A stretch of 64,000 nucleotides of DNA from an uncultured delta proteobacterium (GTDB lineage: Bacteria; Myxococcota; UBA727; VGSZ01): assembly GCA_963775425.1 (NCBI GenBank), contig CAVZJB010000016.1, forward strand, positions 576,001 to 640,000, given 5' to 3'. The position numbers and the translations under genes are program-made. The notes below the pieces were generated by a model that worked only from the letters and a program-made list of their open reading frames with translations, had not been told where the DNA came from and searched no databases. This document shows positions 1-12,174 of the stretch, piece after piece; within the stretch, counting starts at the first letter, position 1; the number at the start of each line of letters is the position of its first letter.

Positions 1-744
1 GCGCCCCTGGAAGTCGCCGCCGGTGCAGCGCAGGGCCGCCGCCGCGAGCACGCCCTCGGGGGCGCCGCCGGAGCCGAAGAGCACGTCGATGCCCGTGCCC
101 TCGACGCAGGTGGAGATGGCGGCGGAGACGTCGCCGTCGCTGATGAGCTTGATGCGCGCGCCGGCCTTCCTGACCTCGGCGATGAGCTTCTGGTGGCGCT
201 CGCGGTCGAGGATGATGGTGGTGAGGTCCTCGACGTAGCAGCCCTTGGCGTCGGCGATGGCCTTGAGGTTGTCCGTGGGCGACTTGTCGAGGTCGATGAC
301 GCCCTTGGCCGCGGGGCCGACCGCGATCTTGTCCATGTACGTGTCGGGCGCGTGCAGGAAGTTGCCCTTCTCGGCGATGGCGACGACGGCGAGGGCGTTG
401 GGCAGGCCGAAGGCGCACAGGTTGGTGCCCTCGAGCGGATCGACGGCGATGTCGACCTCGGGATCGTGCTCGGAGCCGCCGCCGACCTTCTCGCCGATGT
501 AGAGCATCGGCGCCTCGTCTCGCTCGCCTTCGCCGATGACGACGGTGCCGCGGATTTGCAAGCCGTCGAACGCGCGGCGCATGGCCATGACGGCGGCCTC
601 GTCGGCTTCGTTCTTGGCGCCGCGGCCCATGAGGCGCGCGGAGGAGAGGGCGGCAGCCTCGGTGACACGAACGACCTCGAGGGCGAGGTTTCTGTCGAGG
701 GTGGCGCGGCCGAGGTTTGCGGGAGAGGGGATGGAGCTGGTCAT
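1..744 (-). CDS. glpX: Class II fructose-1,6-bisphosphatase (3' end outside window)
   Basis: Manual minus-strand translation from ATG at 744: ...[18 protein letters not shown]...[23 protein letters not shown]...DPLEGT, the GlpX signature. ATG overlaps the ybgC stop (ATGA). Absent from the ORF track because it runs off the edge. Confidence 0.93.
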   Translation of the reverse strand, partial: MTSSIPSPANLGRATLDRNLALEVVRVTEAAALSSARLMGRGAKNEADEAAVMAMRRAFDGLQIRGTVVIGEGERDEAPMLYIGEKVGGGSEHDPEVDIAVDPLEGTNLCAFGLPNALAVVAIAEKGNFLHAPDTYMDKIAVGPAAKGVIDLDKSPTDNLKAIADAKGCYVEDLTTIILDRERHQKLIAEVRKAGARIKLISDGDVSAAISTCVEGTGIDVLFGSGGAPEGVLAAAALRCTGGDFQGR

Positions 745-1151
745 GGTGAACCCCGTTTCGCGTCGAGGCCGGCGGCTTGCAACAGGTGTCGGGGCATTCG
801 CGTCGGCCGCCCCTCCCGGGTCATGCACGCGTGGACGGTCGCTCCCTCGCACAGGAGGGTCTGGTCGCGCAGGATCCGGTAGCCGAAGGTGAAGGTGGCG
901 CGGGTGGCCAGGGTGATGTCGGCGTCGATGCTCAACAGGTCGTCGAAGCGCGCCGGCGCCCGATAGCGCACGCGGGCCTCGACGACGGGGATGACCACGC
1001 CGTCCTCGCGCTCCATGCGGCCGTAGTCCACGGCGTGCTCGCGCAGCCACTCGCAGCGCCCGCGCTCGAACAGGCGCAGGTAGTTGGCGTAGTAGACGAC
1101 ACCCATCTGGTCGGTGTCGCCGTAGATGACGCGGTACTGGCTGACGGTCAC
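741..1151 (-). CDS. ybgC: YbgC/FadM-family acyl-CoA thioesterase
   Basis: [27 protein letters not shown] hot-dog thioesterase motif. Confidence 0.88.
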   Translation of the reverse strand: MTVSQYRVIYGDTDQMGVVYYANYLRLFERGRCEWLREHAVDYGRMEREDGVVIPVVEARVRYRAPARFDDLLSIDADITLATRATFTFGYRILRDQTLLCEGATVHACMTREGRPTRMPRHLLQAAGLDAKRGSP

Positions 1152-1158
1152 GCGCGCT

Positions 1159-1956
1159 TCAGAACACGTACTTGATCACGGGCGCGAACGAGAACGCCAG
1201 GATGCCCGGCGGGTCCGCGTTGGGATCGGTGCTGAAGCCCATGGGGATGAGCGAGGGGCTGCCGCTCGTGGGGACGAGCACGTAGACGGTGTTCCAGTCG
1301 ATGCCGACGAACGTGTTGGGCAGGAGCGTGGCGTAGCGGACGCCGATGCCGATGCCGACGTTGCCACCGAGCGTGGGCTCGTTCACGTCGGGCTCGGGCG
1401 TGAGGAACGTGACGCCACCGAACGGCTTGACGGCGATGGCGAGGCGGTCGACGGGCGGCGGCAGGTAGAACGAGAAGGTGGCGCCGAGGTCGATCTGCGT
1501 GATGCCGTAGTCGCGCGGGACGTTGGGCGACTTGTTGCCGTAGGGCGCCGCGTTGGCGACGAAGCCCGTGCCGAACGACGCCTGCAGCCCGAGCCACGCG
1601 AAGAGGTCGTAGCCGGCGGACAGGCCGATGTACGGCTGGAGCTGGCTGGTGCTGACGGGGACGCAGGGGACGCCGCCGCAGCTGTCGTCGATGGTGAAGC
1701 CGCCGAGGCGGAAGAAGCCGCCGAGGTCGCTCTGCGTCCAGAAGCCCTGCTTGAACTCGAAGCCTGTGGCGCCGCCGATGGACTGCCCGAGCACCGCGCC
1801 GCCGACCTTGACCTCCTTGTCGGGGAGCGAGGTGGACTCGTCGGCCCGGGTCTTCTCCTCGTCCCCGCCGGCGGGGACGTCCTCGTCGTCTTGGGCAAGG
1901 GCCGCGGGGGCGACGAGGGCGGCAAGGGCGAACGCAGCGAGGGTAGAGGCGCGCAT
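1159..1956 (-). CDS. cglE: Outer-membrane beta-barrel protein, GltH/CglE-like
   Basis: Signal peptide, amphipathic beta-strands, C-terminal YVF; lies downstream of gltG as gltH/cglE does in myxobacteria. Confidence 0.65.
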   Translation of the reverse strand: MRASTLAAFALAALVAPAALAQDDEDVPAGGDEEKTRADESTSLPDKEVKVGGAVLGQSIGGATGFEFKQGFWTQSDLGGFFRLGGFTIDDSCGGVPCVPVSTSQLQPYIGLSAGYDLFAWLGLQASFGTGFVANAAPYGNKSPNVPRDYGITQIDLGATFSFYLPPPVDRLAIAVKPFGGVTFLTPEPDVNEPTLGGNVGIGIGVRYATLLPNTFVGIDWNTVYVLVPTSGSPSLIPMGFSTDPNADPPGILAFSFAPVIKYVF

Positions 1957-1976
1957 GATGCGCGTGCGTTAGCAGA

Positions 1977-3303
<1,327 letters not shown>

Positions 3304-3429
3304 AGCGGACCCGACATCGCCGCGCCGCACGCGGTTCCCGCCGGCCCTCGTCGTCGTCTGTCGTCGTCCCTGAACGCGAAGCGCCGGCATGGAGCCGGCG
3401 CCTCGCAGCAAGCTCAGGGACTCCGCGCG

Positions 3430-5544
3430 TCAGCCCGAGGAGCTGAACACGAACGGATAGGTGACGAACACCTGGCCGCCGCCCTTGGGCTGCGGGAACT
3501 TCAAGCGCTGGATGATGCGCGTCACGCACGCGGCGACGGGCTTGGCCGAGGAGCCGCTGAACGTGTTCTGCGCCATCTGGGGGCTGGTGACGTCGCCGGA
3601 GCCGGTGATGACCCAGCTCGCGACGAGCTTGCCCTCGAGGTTCGGGTCCTTGTTCAGCTCTTTCTCGTAGCAGTACTTGATCTGCGACATGACGCGGTTG
3701 ATCACGCGCTGGATCTGCTCACGCGTCAGACCCCCCTCGTAGATGATCTTGCCGGGGACGATGCGGGTCATGCCCTTGCCGCGGCCGCCGAGGTCGATGT
3801 TGCCGTTGCCGCCGCTGCCCCGGCCGGTGCCGGAGCCGAGGCCGCCGATGCCGAGGCCGTTGCCGCCGCCGCCGGCGCCCGTGCCGCGGGAGCCGAGGCC
3901 GCCGGCGCCGCCGGCGTCACCCATCGACGCGCCCTTCAGGCCGCCGAGGGCGTTGTTGATGCCGCTGCCGAGGCCGCCGGGGCCGAAGACGTTGGACACG
4001 GCGCCCTGCGGGCCCTTGAGGCCGAGCTGCGCGAGGGCGTCCATGGCGATCTTGCGGTCCTCTTCGCGCTTGTCCTTGTCGACGGTGGGCGCGCCCTTCT
4101 TGGAGGCGAGCTTGTCCTCCTTGGGCTTGTCCTTCTTGCCGAACACGCCGGCCTCGTCCTTGTGCTTCGCGGCCTTCTTGCCGGAGAGCTGCTTCTCTTT
4201 CTTCTTCTGCTCCACCGTGAGGATGAGCTTGGTGAAGTCCTGCTGGTTCTTGAAGAGGTCGTCGTCGTCGAGCGACGGCAATTGGGCGGTGACGAAGAAG
4301 GCGAGCACGAGGCCGAGCTGCGCGATGAGCGCGAGCGCCAGCACCTTCATCCAGTTGTAGTCGAGGTCGCTGACGATCTGCAGCGGCGTGTACCGCTTGG
4401 AGTACTGGATGACGAGCTCGATGGGCCCGACGCGGACGTTGGCCTTCTGGCCGACGTCGAGGGTGACCGAGCCCGACGCCTGCCGGCCGTCGACGCTCGC
4501 CTCCATGCCCTGCGCGACGTTCACGGTGGCGCCCTGCGGCGACAGCGTGACGATGGCGAACGACGGCGCCGGGATGGACTGGTGCGCGATCTGGAAGCTG
4601 TTGCCTGGGGCCTGGCCGATGGTCACCGTGCCCACGCCGGCGAGGCGGCTGACGCCGATGACGGTGCCGCCCCACATCGCCGTGACGTCGACGTGGCCCT
4701 TGTTGCTCGGGCGCTCGTCGGCGCCGAGCTCCGGCGACAGGCGCCCGGCGAGACCGCTGGTCTCGCTGATCTTGCGGTGCGCGCTCGGCGCGCCGCGGCC
4801 GAGGCGGAAGCCCGACCTGGAGACCTCGCGGTGCACGGTGCGCGGCGCCATCGACGTCGCCGTCCGCGGCGGCGCGCCGTTGCCGCTGCCCTTCTCGGAC
4901 GCGCGGCCCGACGGCGGCGCGGCCTTGGCCGGCGCGGTCTTCTCGGCCTCCTTCGACGACGGCACGCCGTTCTTGGCGCTCTTGTCGTTCTTGGCGCTCT
5001 TGTCCTTCTCCGACGCCTTGTCCTTCGGGTCGGCCTTGCCGCGGTCGCGCACGACCTCGGTCTTCTGCTCCTGCTTGCGCGGGGGCGCGGAGACCGCCTT
5101 GGGCGCGGCCTGCAGGTCCGCGGTGTCGCGCTCCATGAGCGGCGGCACGTCGGCGAGCGGCGCGGTGACCTCGGGGTTGATGACCTCGTGGCCCGTGGCG
5201 CGCCGGATGGGCACGGTGGGCGCGAGGACGTCGCCGCCGAAGTGCACGGAGATCTTGGCCTTGCCGACGGTGATGACGTCGCCGTCGTTCACGTCGGTCT
5301 CGCCTTTGAGCTCCTTGCCGTTGAGCTCCGTGCCCTCGTCGCTCCCGAGGTCGAGCACCGCGACCTTGCCGTCTTGCGGCTTGATCATGCAGTGCAGGGA
5401 GCTGACGTCGTCTCCCTCGATGCGCACGTGTGCCGATGCACCGGAGCCGACCATGATGGGATCCATCGAGTTGAACTCGAGGACCTTGGTGGCGCCGTCG
5501 GCGAGGTTGATGGTGAGGCTGATCGAGGGCTTGTTCTCGGCCAT
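3430..5544 (-). CDS. gltG: Gliding motility protein GltG/PglI (FHA, TM, Gly-rich linker, TonB-C-like domain)
   Basis: N-terminal FHA (VGSG...VSSLHC...DLGSDEGTELNG), single TM, Gly-rich tract, C-terminal QIKYCYEKEL...FPQPKGGGQVFVTYPFVF; synteny. Confidence 0.88.
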   Translation of the reverse strand: MAENKPSISLTINLADGATKVLEFNSMDPIMVGSGASAHVRIEGDDVSSLHCMIKPQDGKVAVLDLGSDEGTELNGKELKGETDVNDGDVITVGKAKISVHFGGDVLAPTVPIRRATGHEVINPEVTAPLADVPPLMERDTADLQAAPKAVSAPPRKQEQKTEVVRDRGKADPKDKASEKDKSAKNDKSAKNGVPSSKEAEKTAPAKAAPPSGRASEKGSGNGAPPRTATSMAPRTVHREVSRSGFRLGRGAPSAHRKISETSGLAGRLSPELGADERPSNKGHVDVTAMWGGTVIGVSRLAGVGTVTIGQAPGNSFQIAHQSIPAPSFAIVTLSPQGATVNVAQGMEASVDGRQASGSVTLDVGQKANVRVGPIELVIQYSKRYTPLQIVSDLDYNWMKVLALALIAQLGLVLAFFVTAQLPSLDDDDLFKNQQDFTKLILTVEQKKKEKQLSGKKAAKHKDEAGVFGKKDKPKEDKLASKKGAPTVDKDKREEDRKIAMDALAQLGLKGPQGAVSNVFGPGGLGSGINNALGGLKGASMGDAGGAGGLGSRGTGAGGGGNGLGIGGLGSGTGRGSGGNGNIDLGGRGKGMTRIVPGKIIYEGGLTREQIQRVINRVMSQIKYCYEKELNKDPNLEGKLVASWVITGSGDVTSPQMAQNTFSGSSAKPVAACVTRIIQRLKFPQPKGGGQVFVTYPFVFSSSG

Positions 5545-5766
5545 ATCTGTTTCCTGTCATTCGAGAACACGCGGGTTTCGTCAACACGCGTCGGCGAGAA
5601 AGCGATTTTCGGGGCGCACACTTGCGCACATGACCGACGGATGGACACCGGCGCGGCCCGCGGAGTTCCCCCGCACCTCCGGATCGCGCGCAGCGTCACC
5701 GGATCCGACGACGTCGCCAGGCGGACCGGCCCCGGGGAGCGGCCGCGCTTGGGTCAGCGACCGGAG

Positions 5767-6024
5767 TCAAAGGCTGTCCGCGCTCCGGGACAGCTCGGGG
5801 CGAAAGCTCGGCCGCAGCGCGATGAGGTTGCGAAAGTGGGCCCCGGGTCGTGCGCGGACGACGCCGATGCTCGGCAGCGCGCGCCGGCCCTTGAGGGTGG
5901 CGTCGGTGAACTCGAGTCGCGTGACGCGCCTTGCCACGGGGGCGTCGACAGCAGCGTCGAGCGCAGGCGAATCGACGGGCGCGGCGTTGACCTGTGCGGA
6001 AAAGAACAGCGCGAGCAACAGCAC
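5767..6024 (-). CDS. Divergent GltF/CglF paralog
   Basis: Signal peptide; FRNLIALRPSFRPELSRSADSL aligns with the adjacent CglF C-terminus; GGGAGG RBS before GTG. Confidence 0.75.
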   Translation of the reverse strand: MLLLALFFSAQVNAAPVDSPALDAAVDAPVARRVTRLEFTDATLKGRRALPSIGVVRARPGAHFRNLIALRPSFRPELSRSADSL

Positions 6025-6208
6025 GGGACCTCCCTCGGTCCCCGTCGGACACCATCGGCCGCGCCCCGGTTCGCCGACGTCGAGCCCCGGTCAAGCGCGC
6101 ATGCCTTGGGCCCGAGCCGTCAGGCGCGCGCCGCAGACACGACGCGCTCGCCGCGCACGGCGTTGCTCAGGCCTGTCACCGCGCGTGTCGGCGCGCGGAG
6201 GTCGGAGG

Positions 6209-6484
6209 TCAGAGCGCGGAGACGGAGCGCTTGAGCTCGGGACGGAAGTTGCCGCGGAGCTCGATCAGGTTGCGGAAGCGGGTCTTCTTCCGGTTCTTGA
6301 TGTAGCTGCCCTCGGGCTTGGTCAGCTCGCCTTCGATGCTGACGTCGGAGAAGTCGATGACCGTCTTCTTGTTGTAGACGGTCTTGTCGTCTTCCTGGAT
6401 GGTCTTGTCCTGCGCGAGCGCGGCGGGGGCTGCGAGGGCGGCGACGAGGGCGGCGACGAGGGCGGCGAGCGCGAGCTTCTTCAT
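6209..6484 (-). CDS. cglF: Gliding motility protein GltF/CglF
   Basis: KKTVIDFSDVSIEGELTKPEGSY...FRNLIELRGNFRPEL motif; signal peptide; GAGG RBS. Confidence 0.88.
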   Translation of the reverse strand: MKKLALAALVAALVAALAAPAALAQDKTIQEDDKTVYNKKTVIDFSDVSIEGELTKPEGSYIKNRKKTRFRNLIELRGNFRPELKRSVSAL

Positions 6485-6550
6485 GGCGACCTCACTGTAG
6501 CATCTGCGAAAGCGGAACAAGCCGGTCAGGCGGCGGACGGTGGGACGGGC

Positions 6551-7828
6551 CTACTTCCCGCCAGGCGCGGGCTTGTCCGCGGGCTTGTCCGCGGGCTTCT
6601 CGGCGGCCTTGGCGGCGGCGTCGGCGGCCGCCTGCTTCTTCAGCATCTCCTGCTGCTTCTTCAGGATCTCCTGGTTCTTCAGCGTCTGCTCGATGTTCTT
6701 GCAGTCACTGCCGACGGGATCCTTGTCGTCGAGCTTGCCGCCCTTGGCGTCCTTGTACTTGTTGCACCAGTCGAGGGCGTCCTTGGGCTTGTTGAGCTGG
6801 AGGTTCGTGACCTCGGCGATCTCTCCGTACGCCTCGGCGGCGCTCGGGTCGATCTCGAGCGCGCGCTGGAGCTGCTTGATGGCCTCGTCCGCCTTCTGCT
6901 GGCCGGCGAGCGCGAAGCCGTAGCCGAGGTTGGCCTCCGGCTGCCGCGGCTCCAGCTTCATGGCCTCGCCGTAGTGCAGCGCGGCGGTGTCGTAGTCCCG
7001 GTAGCGCAGCGCGATGGACCCGAGGTTCAGGTGCGCCGAGATGAGGCTCGGGTCGATCTCCACGGCCTTCTTGAAGAAGCTCACCGCCTCCGGATACTTG
7101 CCGCGCTTCACGCGGATCATGCCGCGGTTGTTGTACAGAGCGGCGTCCTTGTCGTTGAGCTTGAGCGAGTTGATGGCGATGGTCTCGGCGAGCGCGTACT
7201 TCTCCTGATCGAAGTAGATGAGCGAGAGGTTCTTCAGCGCGTCGACGTTGTCGGGCTGCCGCGACAACAGCTTGCGGCACGCCTTCTCGGCCTGGTCGTA
7301 ATCCTTGTTGAGGCGGTAGAGCACGATGAGGTTGTTGAGCATGTCCGGATCGGCCTCGCCGCCGGCCTTCTCCTGCTTGGCGAGCGCGCCCTCGTACAGG
7401 TCGATGCCCGCGCGGTAGTCGCCCTTCTCCTTGGCGAGGACGCCGAGGAGGATGATGACCTCGCGGCTGTCGGGCTTGTCCTTCTGCAGGCCGCCGAGCT
7501 CCGACTTGGCCTGGTCGTAGAGCCCGAGCTTGATGTCGCAGCTCGCCATGCCGAGCTTGGCGTCGAAGTTGCCGCCGTCCTTCTTCAGCGCCTGCGCGTA
7601 CTTGGCCTTGGCCTCCTGGGCCTTGCCGTCCTTGAGGAGCTTGCCGGCGTCGGCGATGAGGCCCTGCAGGGAGTCCTCGGCGTGCTTCTTGGGCGTCACG
7701 GACGTGGTCTTCGGGCCCGTGGGCTTGGTGGCCGCCTTGGTCGTGCCGCACGCCGCGAGCTGGAAGCTCGCAGCGGCGACGACGACGACGACGACGAGTC
7801 GGGAGAGGAGGTTCATCGGGGGCTTCAT
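6551..7828 (-). CDS. gltE: TPR lipoprotein GltE/AglT-like
   Basis: Lipobox LAAC, many TPR repeats, located between gltD and gltF; start could be 7816, 7828 or 7837. Confidence 0.78.
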   Translation of the reverse strand: MKPPMNLLSRLVVVVVVAAASFQLAACGTTKAATKPTGPKTTSVTPKKHAEDSLQGLIADAGKLLKDGKAQEAKAKYAQALKKDGGNFDAKLGMASCDIKLGLYDQAKSELGGLQKDKPDSREVIILLGVLAKEKGDYRAGIDLYEGALAKQEKAGGEADPDMLNNLIVLYRLNKDYDQAEKACRKLLSRQPDNVDALKNLSLIYFDQEKYALAETIAINSLKLNDKDAALYNNRGMIRVKRGKYPEAVSFFKKAVEIDPSLISAHLNLGSIALRYRDYDTAALHYGEAMKLEPRQPEANLGYGFALAGQQKADEAIKQLQRALEIDPSAAEAYGEIAEVTNLQLNKPKDALDWCNKYKDAKGGKLDDKDPVGSDCKNIEQTLKNQEILKKQQEMLKKQAAADAAAKAAEKPADKPADKPAPGGK

Positions 7829-7833
7829 CGGGT

Positions 7834-10800
7834 TCACCGTTGGGCCGTGCGCGTGGGTGCGGCGACCGCTGCGCTCGGGAAGAAGGGGAGCTCGTAGATG
7901 CGACCGAACTTCGCGGGCTTGAACTTCTTCAGCCGGTCCTCGATCTCGATGGTGTACGGCGAGTAGATGCCGAGCTTGAACGCGGTGTCGAGCGCCGCTT
8001 CCAGGGCCTTGATGCCCTGGTCCTCGACGGGGAACGCCACGTTCTCGAGCTCGGAGTGGTAGATGTCGAGCGCCTCGGGGTTGTTGGCGATGGCCGGCGG
8101 ATCGGGCGCGTTGCGCAGCGTGTCGACGTAGTCGAGCAGCGCGTCGGCGACGCGGAGCAGGCCGGCGACGGCCCACTCGCCGCTGCCGTAGTCTTTCAGT
8201 GCATAGTATTTCTTGGCGATCTCATCGCGCTTGTTCTTCTTCAGATCGAGTGCTTCCTTGACCATCTTCATGCCCTTGCGGCCGGAGACGCCCTTCTTCT
8301 GCTCGATCTTGATGCCCTTGTAGTCGAGCCAGTCGGGCTCGAGCAGGTGGAAGGCGCAGTAGCCGCCGGTGGTGGCCCCGATGTCGGACTTCTTCACCTT
8401 TGCGTCGACCTTCTTCCAGCCGCCCATGATGTCCTTGCAGGTCTCGAGCATCTCCTTGTCGCGCCCTGCCTTCTCGAGCATCAGCGCGGTCTTGTAGCGC
8501 GACGTCAGCACCTGCTCCGGCGTGCCGTCCCTGCCGTGGAGCTTGTCGAAGTCGCCGTAGAGGGCGGCGGCGCGCTTCCAGTCGCCCTTGTCCTCGTAGA
8601 CCGCGGCCATGCGCAGATAGACATCAGGGATGTCCTTCTGCTTGGGGAATTCCTTGATGTAACGCGCAAAGAGCTTCACGGCGTTTTCGGTGTCACCGAG
8701 ACCGAGATAGAAGATGCCAGCGTTGTAGACGGAGTCCGGCGACTTGGGGCTCCTCTTGTATTTGTCGGCGTACTTGATGTACCAGTCCGCCGCCTCTTTG
8801 TACTTGGCGACCTTCTCGTAATACGCGGGCATGTTCGCGTACGTGTCCTGCTCGAGCTTGTCGTTCAGATCCTTCTCGACGCTGCCGTCGTTCTTCAGGA
8901 TCTTGTAGTCGGTGATTTCCTTCTTGTAGTCCTTGAGGAGGCGCTGCGCGGCCTCGAGCGCGTCGTCCTCGTGGTTGATGTTCGCGTAGAGGAGCTGCAT
9001 GTCGTAGACGGCGAGCGGCGCATACGTGGACTTGGGGAACTCCTTCACGAAGCCGTCGAGCTTGTCGGCGGCGGCGAGCGTCTTGTCGGCGTCCTTGGTG
9101 TTCTCCGCCTCTTCGCGCAGCTTGTCCGTGTTCTTGAAGCTCGCGCCCTCCATGAACTGCGCGACCTCCTTGGCGAACTTCGCGTCCTTCATCAGCTCTT
9201 TTTTGCCGTCGAAGGTGCGCGACCACTTCTCGAGCGCCGGGTAGTTCTCGCGGAACGCGTAGCTGTCGAGGATCTGGTCCGCGCCGCTGCGCGCGTACTC
9301 GGAGTCCGGCCAGCGCTCGATGAGCTCGCCGAACCGCTTGGCCGCTTCGTCGAAGTGGAAGTGGCTCTGGTAGATGTACGCGGCTTTGTACTTCACGACC
9401 TCCAGCTCCTCCTTGAGCTTGGGGTCCTTGGTGATGTCCTTCTGCGGCACGACGGAGACGTAGGCGTCGCAGGCCGCGGCGAGCGAGACCTCGTCCGCGG
9501 GGATCTCCTGCTCGGCGAAACGCGTGTCACCCTTCTTCTCGTTCTTGAGGTGCTTGATGGTGACGTGCTTCTTCTCGATGGTGCCCTTCGACTTCTTCGG
9601 CTTGCACTTGCCGGCCTTCTCTTGATCGGGGGTGCAATCGTTGATGTTGACGATGCCGTTCTTGCTGACGTCCGGAGGCGCGACCTTGTCGACGATCTTC
9701 TCCCACGCGAGCACCGCGTTGTACGCGCACTGCCGCGTGTACTGTCCCTTGGCGTCGCGCTTGACGACGGCGTCGTACTGCTGGGCCGCGTCACGCCACT
9801 TGCCGAGGTCCCACAGGAGCTCGGCGTAGAAGAAGTTCAGGCGATACGCGTTGTCGGAGTCGGGGAACGCCTTCAGGTACTGCGCGTAGATGTCGGCGGC
9901 GACCTCGTAGTCGTCGTAGTGTTTGAACTTCTGCGCGTAGCGGTGGTAGTCGGTGACGAGCTCGCGCATGCGGCTCTCGGCGACGGCGCGGGCGCGCTCC
10001 ACGGTGACCTTGTTCGCCTCGTTCTTGCGCCACCACGGCGAGCCCGGGCGGTACAGCTCGACGAGGCGGCCGACCTCCTTCTTGACGTTGGCGCGGTCGC
10101 CGAGGCCGGCGTAGGCCTCCACGATGCTCGACTGGTAGTCCGGCGCCTGCGCGTTGTCGGGGTCGAGGTTGATGAGGAGCCGCAGCGTGTCGATCTGCAG
10201 CGGGCGCTTGCCCTGCTCCTTGTAGACGGCGGCGAGCTTGCCAGTCAGGCGGTAGGCCTCCTTCGCCCCCGCCTCCTTCTTGATGTACTCGTACGCGTCA
10301 CGCGTCTGGTCGAGCTGCGAGTACGTGAGCACCATGTCGTTGAGCGCCTCACGCTTGAGCTGGATGCCGTCCTTGCCGCGCGAGCGCCGGATGACGTCCT
10401 TGAACTTCTTGAGCGCCTCGTCGTAGGTCTGCGCGTTGTAGTCGCACCACGCGAGCTTGTAGTAGGCGTACGTGGCCGTGCCCTCGCAGCGCGCCCTGCG
10501 GTCCTTGTCCGCGTTCTTGCACTTGGTGGCGACCTCGTAGGCCCGCTTGTACGCCTTGGTGCTCTTCGTCAGGTCGTTGTGCTTGAAGTAGTACTCGCCG
10601 AGCTGCACGTAGCTGTCCGAGACGTACTCGCTCTCCTGGTACTGCCGGATGAGCTGCGAGTAGTTCTGGATCGCTTCCTTCTCGCGCCCGGCCTCCTGCT
10701 GGTTGAAGGCCATGATGTAGAGGACTTCGTCGAGGCGCGGGTAGTCGGGGAAGCGGTCGAGGACGATCTGGTAGTTCTCGAGCGCCTGCTTTTTGTAGAC

Positions 10801-11328
10801 GTCGCTCTTCTTCGTGTACTGCTGGAGCCCCGGCTCCTTGCCGTGCCGCCCGCCGTCCACCCAGCGGTCGTAGGCGTCCTGGAATTCCTTGAACTCGCCC
10901 TGGTACGCGAACTTGGATTTGGCCCAGTAGATCTCGGCGAGGCGGAAGACGAGCTCGCCCTCCTGTGACTTGCCGTGCACCTTGGGCAGGAGGCCCTTGA
11001 TTTCGGCGATCTCCTCGTCGCGCTTGGCGTCGGCCTTCTTGGAGTTGTCGAACTCCTTGGACGACAGCGCGTCCTGCCGCTGGATGGTGGCGGGGCCGGT
11101 GGTGCGCAGGGCCTCGTCGGCGTCGTCCTTCTTGTCGTCGCCCTTCTTGGCGTCGGCCTTCTTGTCGCTCTTCTTGTCGGCCTTTTTGTCGTCGCGGCGG
11201 TGGTGCTTCTTCTTCTTCTTCTTCGCCATCGCCGCCGGGAACGACAGCCCCTGGGGCGTGACGTCGATGGTCCCGGCGAGGAACAGCACGAAAGAGAGGG
11301 CGAACACGCGGAAGGCGGACTGCGCCAT
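7834..11328 (-). CDS. gltD: Large TPR protein GltD/AgmU-like
   Basis: Start MAQSAF with signal peptide; about 1164 aa of TPRs (YKLAWCDYN, FFYAELLW); synteny. The ORF-track extension to 12753 runs through the repeat array. Confidence 0.82.
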   Translation of the reverse strand: MAQSAFRVFALSFVLFLAGTIDVTPQGLSFPAAMAKKKKKKHHRRDDKKADKKSDKKADAKKGDDKKDDADEALRTTGPATIQRQDALSSKEFDNSKKADAKRDEEIAEIKGLLPKVHGKSQEGELVFRLAEIYWAKSKFAYQGEFKEFQDAYDRWVDGGRHGKEPGLQQYTKKSDVYKKQALENYQIVLDRFPDYPRLDEVLYIMAFNQQEAGREKEAIQNYSQLIRQYQESEYVSDSYVQLGEYYFKHNDLTKSTKAYKRAYEVATKCKNADKDRRARCEGTATYAYYKLAWCDYNAQTYDEALKKFKDVIRRSRGKDGIQLKREALNDMVLTYSQLDQTRDAYEYIKKEAGAKEAYRLTGKLAAVYKEQGKRPLQIDTLRLLINLDPDNAQAPDYQSSIVEAYAGLGDRANVKKEVGRLVELYRPGSPWWRKNEANKVTVERARAVAESRMRELVTDYHRYAQKFKHYDDYEVAADIYAQYLKAFPDSDNAYRLNFFYAELLWDLGKWRDAAQQYDAVVKRDAKGQYTRQCAYNAVLAWEKIVDKVAPPDVSKNGIVNINDCTPDQEKAGKCKPKKSKGTIEKKHVTIKHLKNEKKGDTRFAEQEIPADEVSLAAACDAYVSVVPQKDITKDPKLKEELEVVKYKAAYIYQSHFHFDEAAKRFGELIERWPDSEYARSGADQILDSYAFRENYPALEKWSRTFDGKKELMKDAKFAKEVAQFMEGASFKNTDKLREEAENTKDADKTLAAADKLDGFVKEFPKSTYAPLAVYDMQLLYANINHEDDALEAAQRLLKDYKKEITDYKILKNDGSVEKDLNDKLEQDTYANMPAYYEKVAKYKEAADWYIKYADKYKRSPKSPDSVYNAGIFYLGLGDTENAVKLFARYIKEFPKQKDIPDVYLRMAAVYEDKGDWKRAAALYGDFDKLHGRDGTPEQVLTSRYKTALMLEKAGRDKEMLETCKDIMGGWKKVDAKVKKSDIGATTGGYCAFHLLEPDWLDYKGIKIEQKKGVSGRKGMKMVKEALDLKKNKRDEIAKKYYALKDYGSGEWAVAGLLRVADALLDYVDTLRNAPDPPAIANNPEALDIYHSELENVAFPVEDQGIKALEAALDTAFKLGIYSPYTIEIEDRLKKFKPAKFGRIYELPFFPSAAVAAPTRTAQR

Positions 11329-11936
11329 GGATGCGATCCTCGACGTGGGGTGAGCCAGCTCACGCCTAGAGAATTGAGCGGGCAAACACAACCGCCGTCG
11401 CCGTCGAGAACCGCAGGTATTACACGGACCTACACAGCCCCGCGCGGGCGAAAGCCGGCGCGCATCTGGTCGCGGAGCGCTCGGGCACAGGCTCGCCTGC
11501 GCCGTCCGCCGCGGGCCGCGCCACCGCTGGCAGGTGGAGCGCGTACCGAAGGCGGCAGCGAGGAGCGGGAGCTGACCTGCGAAGTTGCAGCCTGCCGGTG
11601 CGTCGACGTCGGCGAGGCTGTGGTGCCGGTGGTGGAGCTGCGGCGTCGGCCGAAGCGGAAGCGCACGTTGGCGTGCAGCGGGATGGCCCACAGGGAGATG
11701 AAGGCGGCGCAGGCGCCGAAGGTCTGCTTCGAGAGCCGAGCGCGAACAGCGGCGCAAACTGGGCCGTGCGCGTGAGGATGACGTCGACGGGGTGGACGCG
11801 AGCGGTGCCGCGTGGCCGGGCTCGTCGTCGCCGGCACAAGCGCAAAGCCGGCGACGACGACGACAGCCCCGGCATCCCGGCGCCGACATGCGCGGGCCCG
11901 TGGAGCGATGCCGGGCGCGAACAACGGGCCGAACGA

Positions 11937-11961
11937 GGCGGGGGACGAGCCCCCGCCCTAC
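11937..11961 (-). repeat. REP-like palindrome with GTAG foot (copy 1)
   Basis: Minus strand GTAG-GGCGGGGG-CTCGT-CCCCCGCC. Confidence 0.75.
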
Positions 11962-12149
11962 GCGGCGGCGAGAATCCGACGACGACAAGCCGCCGCGTGG
12001 CGCCACGCACGCGAAGCCGGCGACGACGACAAGTCGCCGCATGGCGGCACGCACGCGAAGCCGGCGACGACGACGACAGCCCCGGCATCCCGGCGCCGAC
12101 ATGCGCGGGCCCGTGGAGCGATGCCGGGCGCGAACAACGGGCCGAACGA

Positions 12150-12174
12150 GGCGGGGGGCGAGCCCCCGCCCTAC
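12150..12174 (-). repeat. REP-like palindrome with GTAG foot (copy 2)
   Basis: Same element with one loop substitution. Confidence 0.75.

Noticed and set aside
11430-11780. Transposase remnant or small gene upstream of gltD
   Set aside because: No recognisable motif, terminal inverted repeats or convincing start
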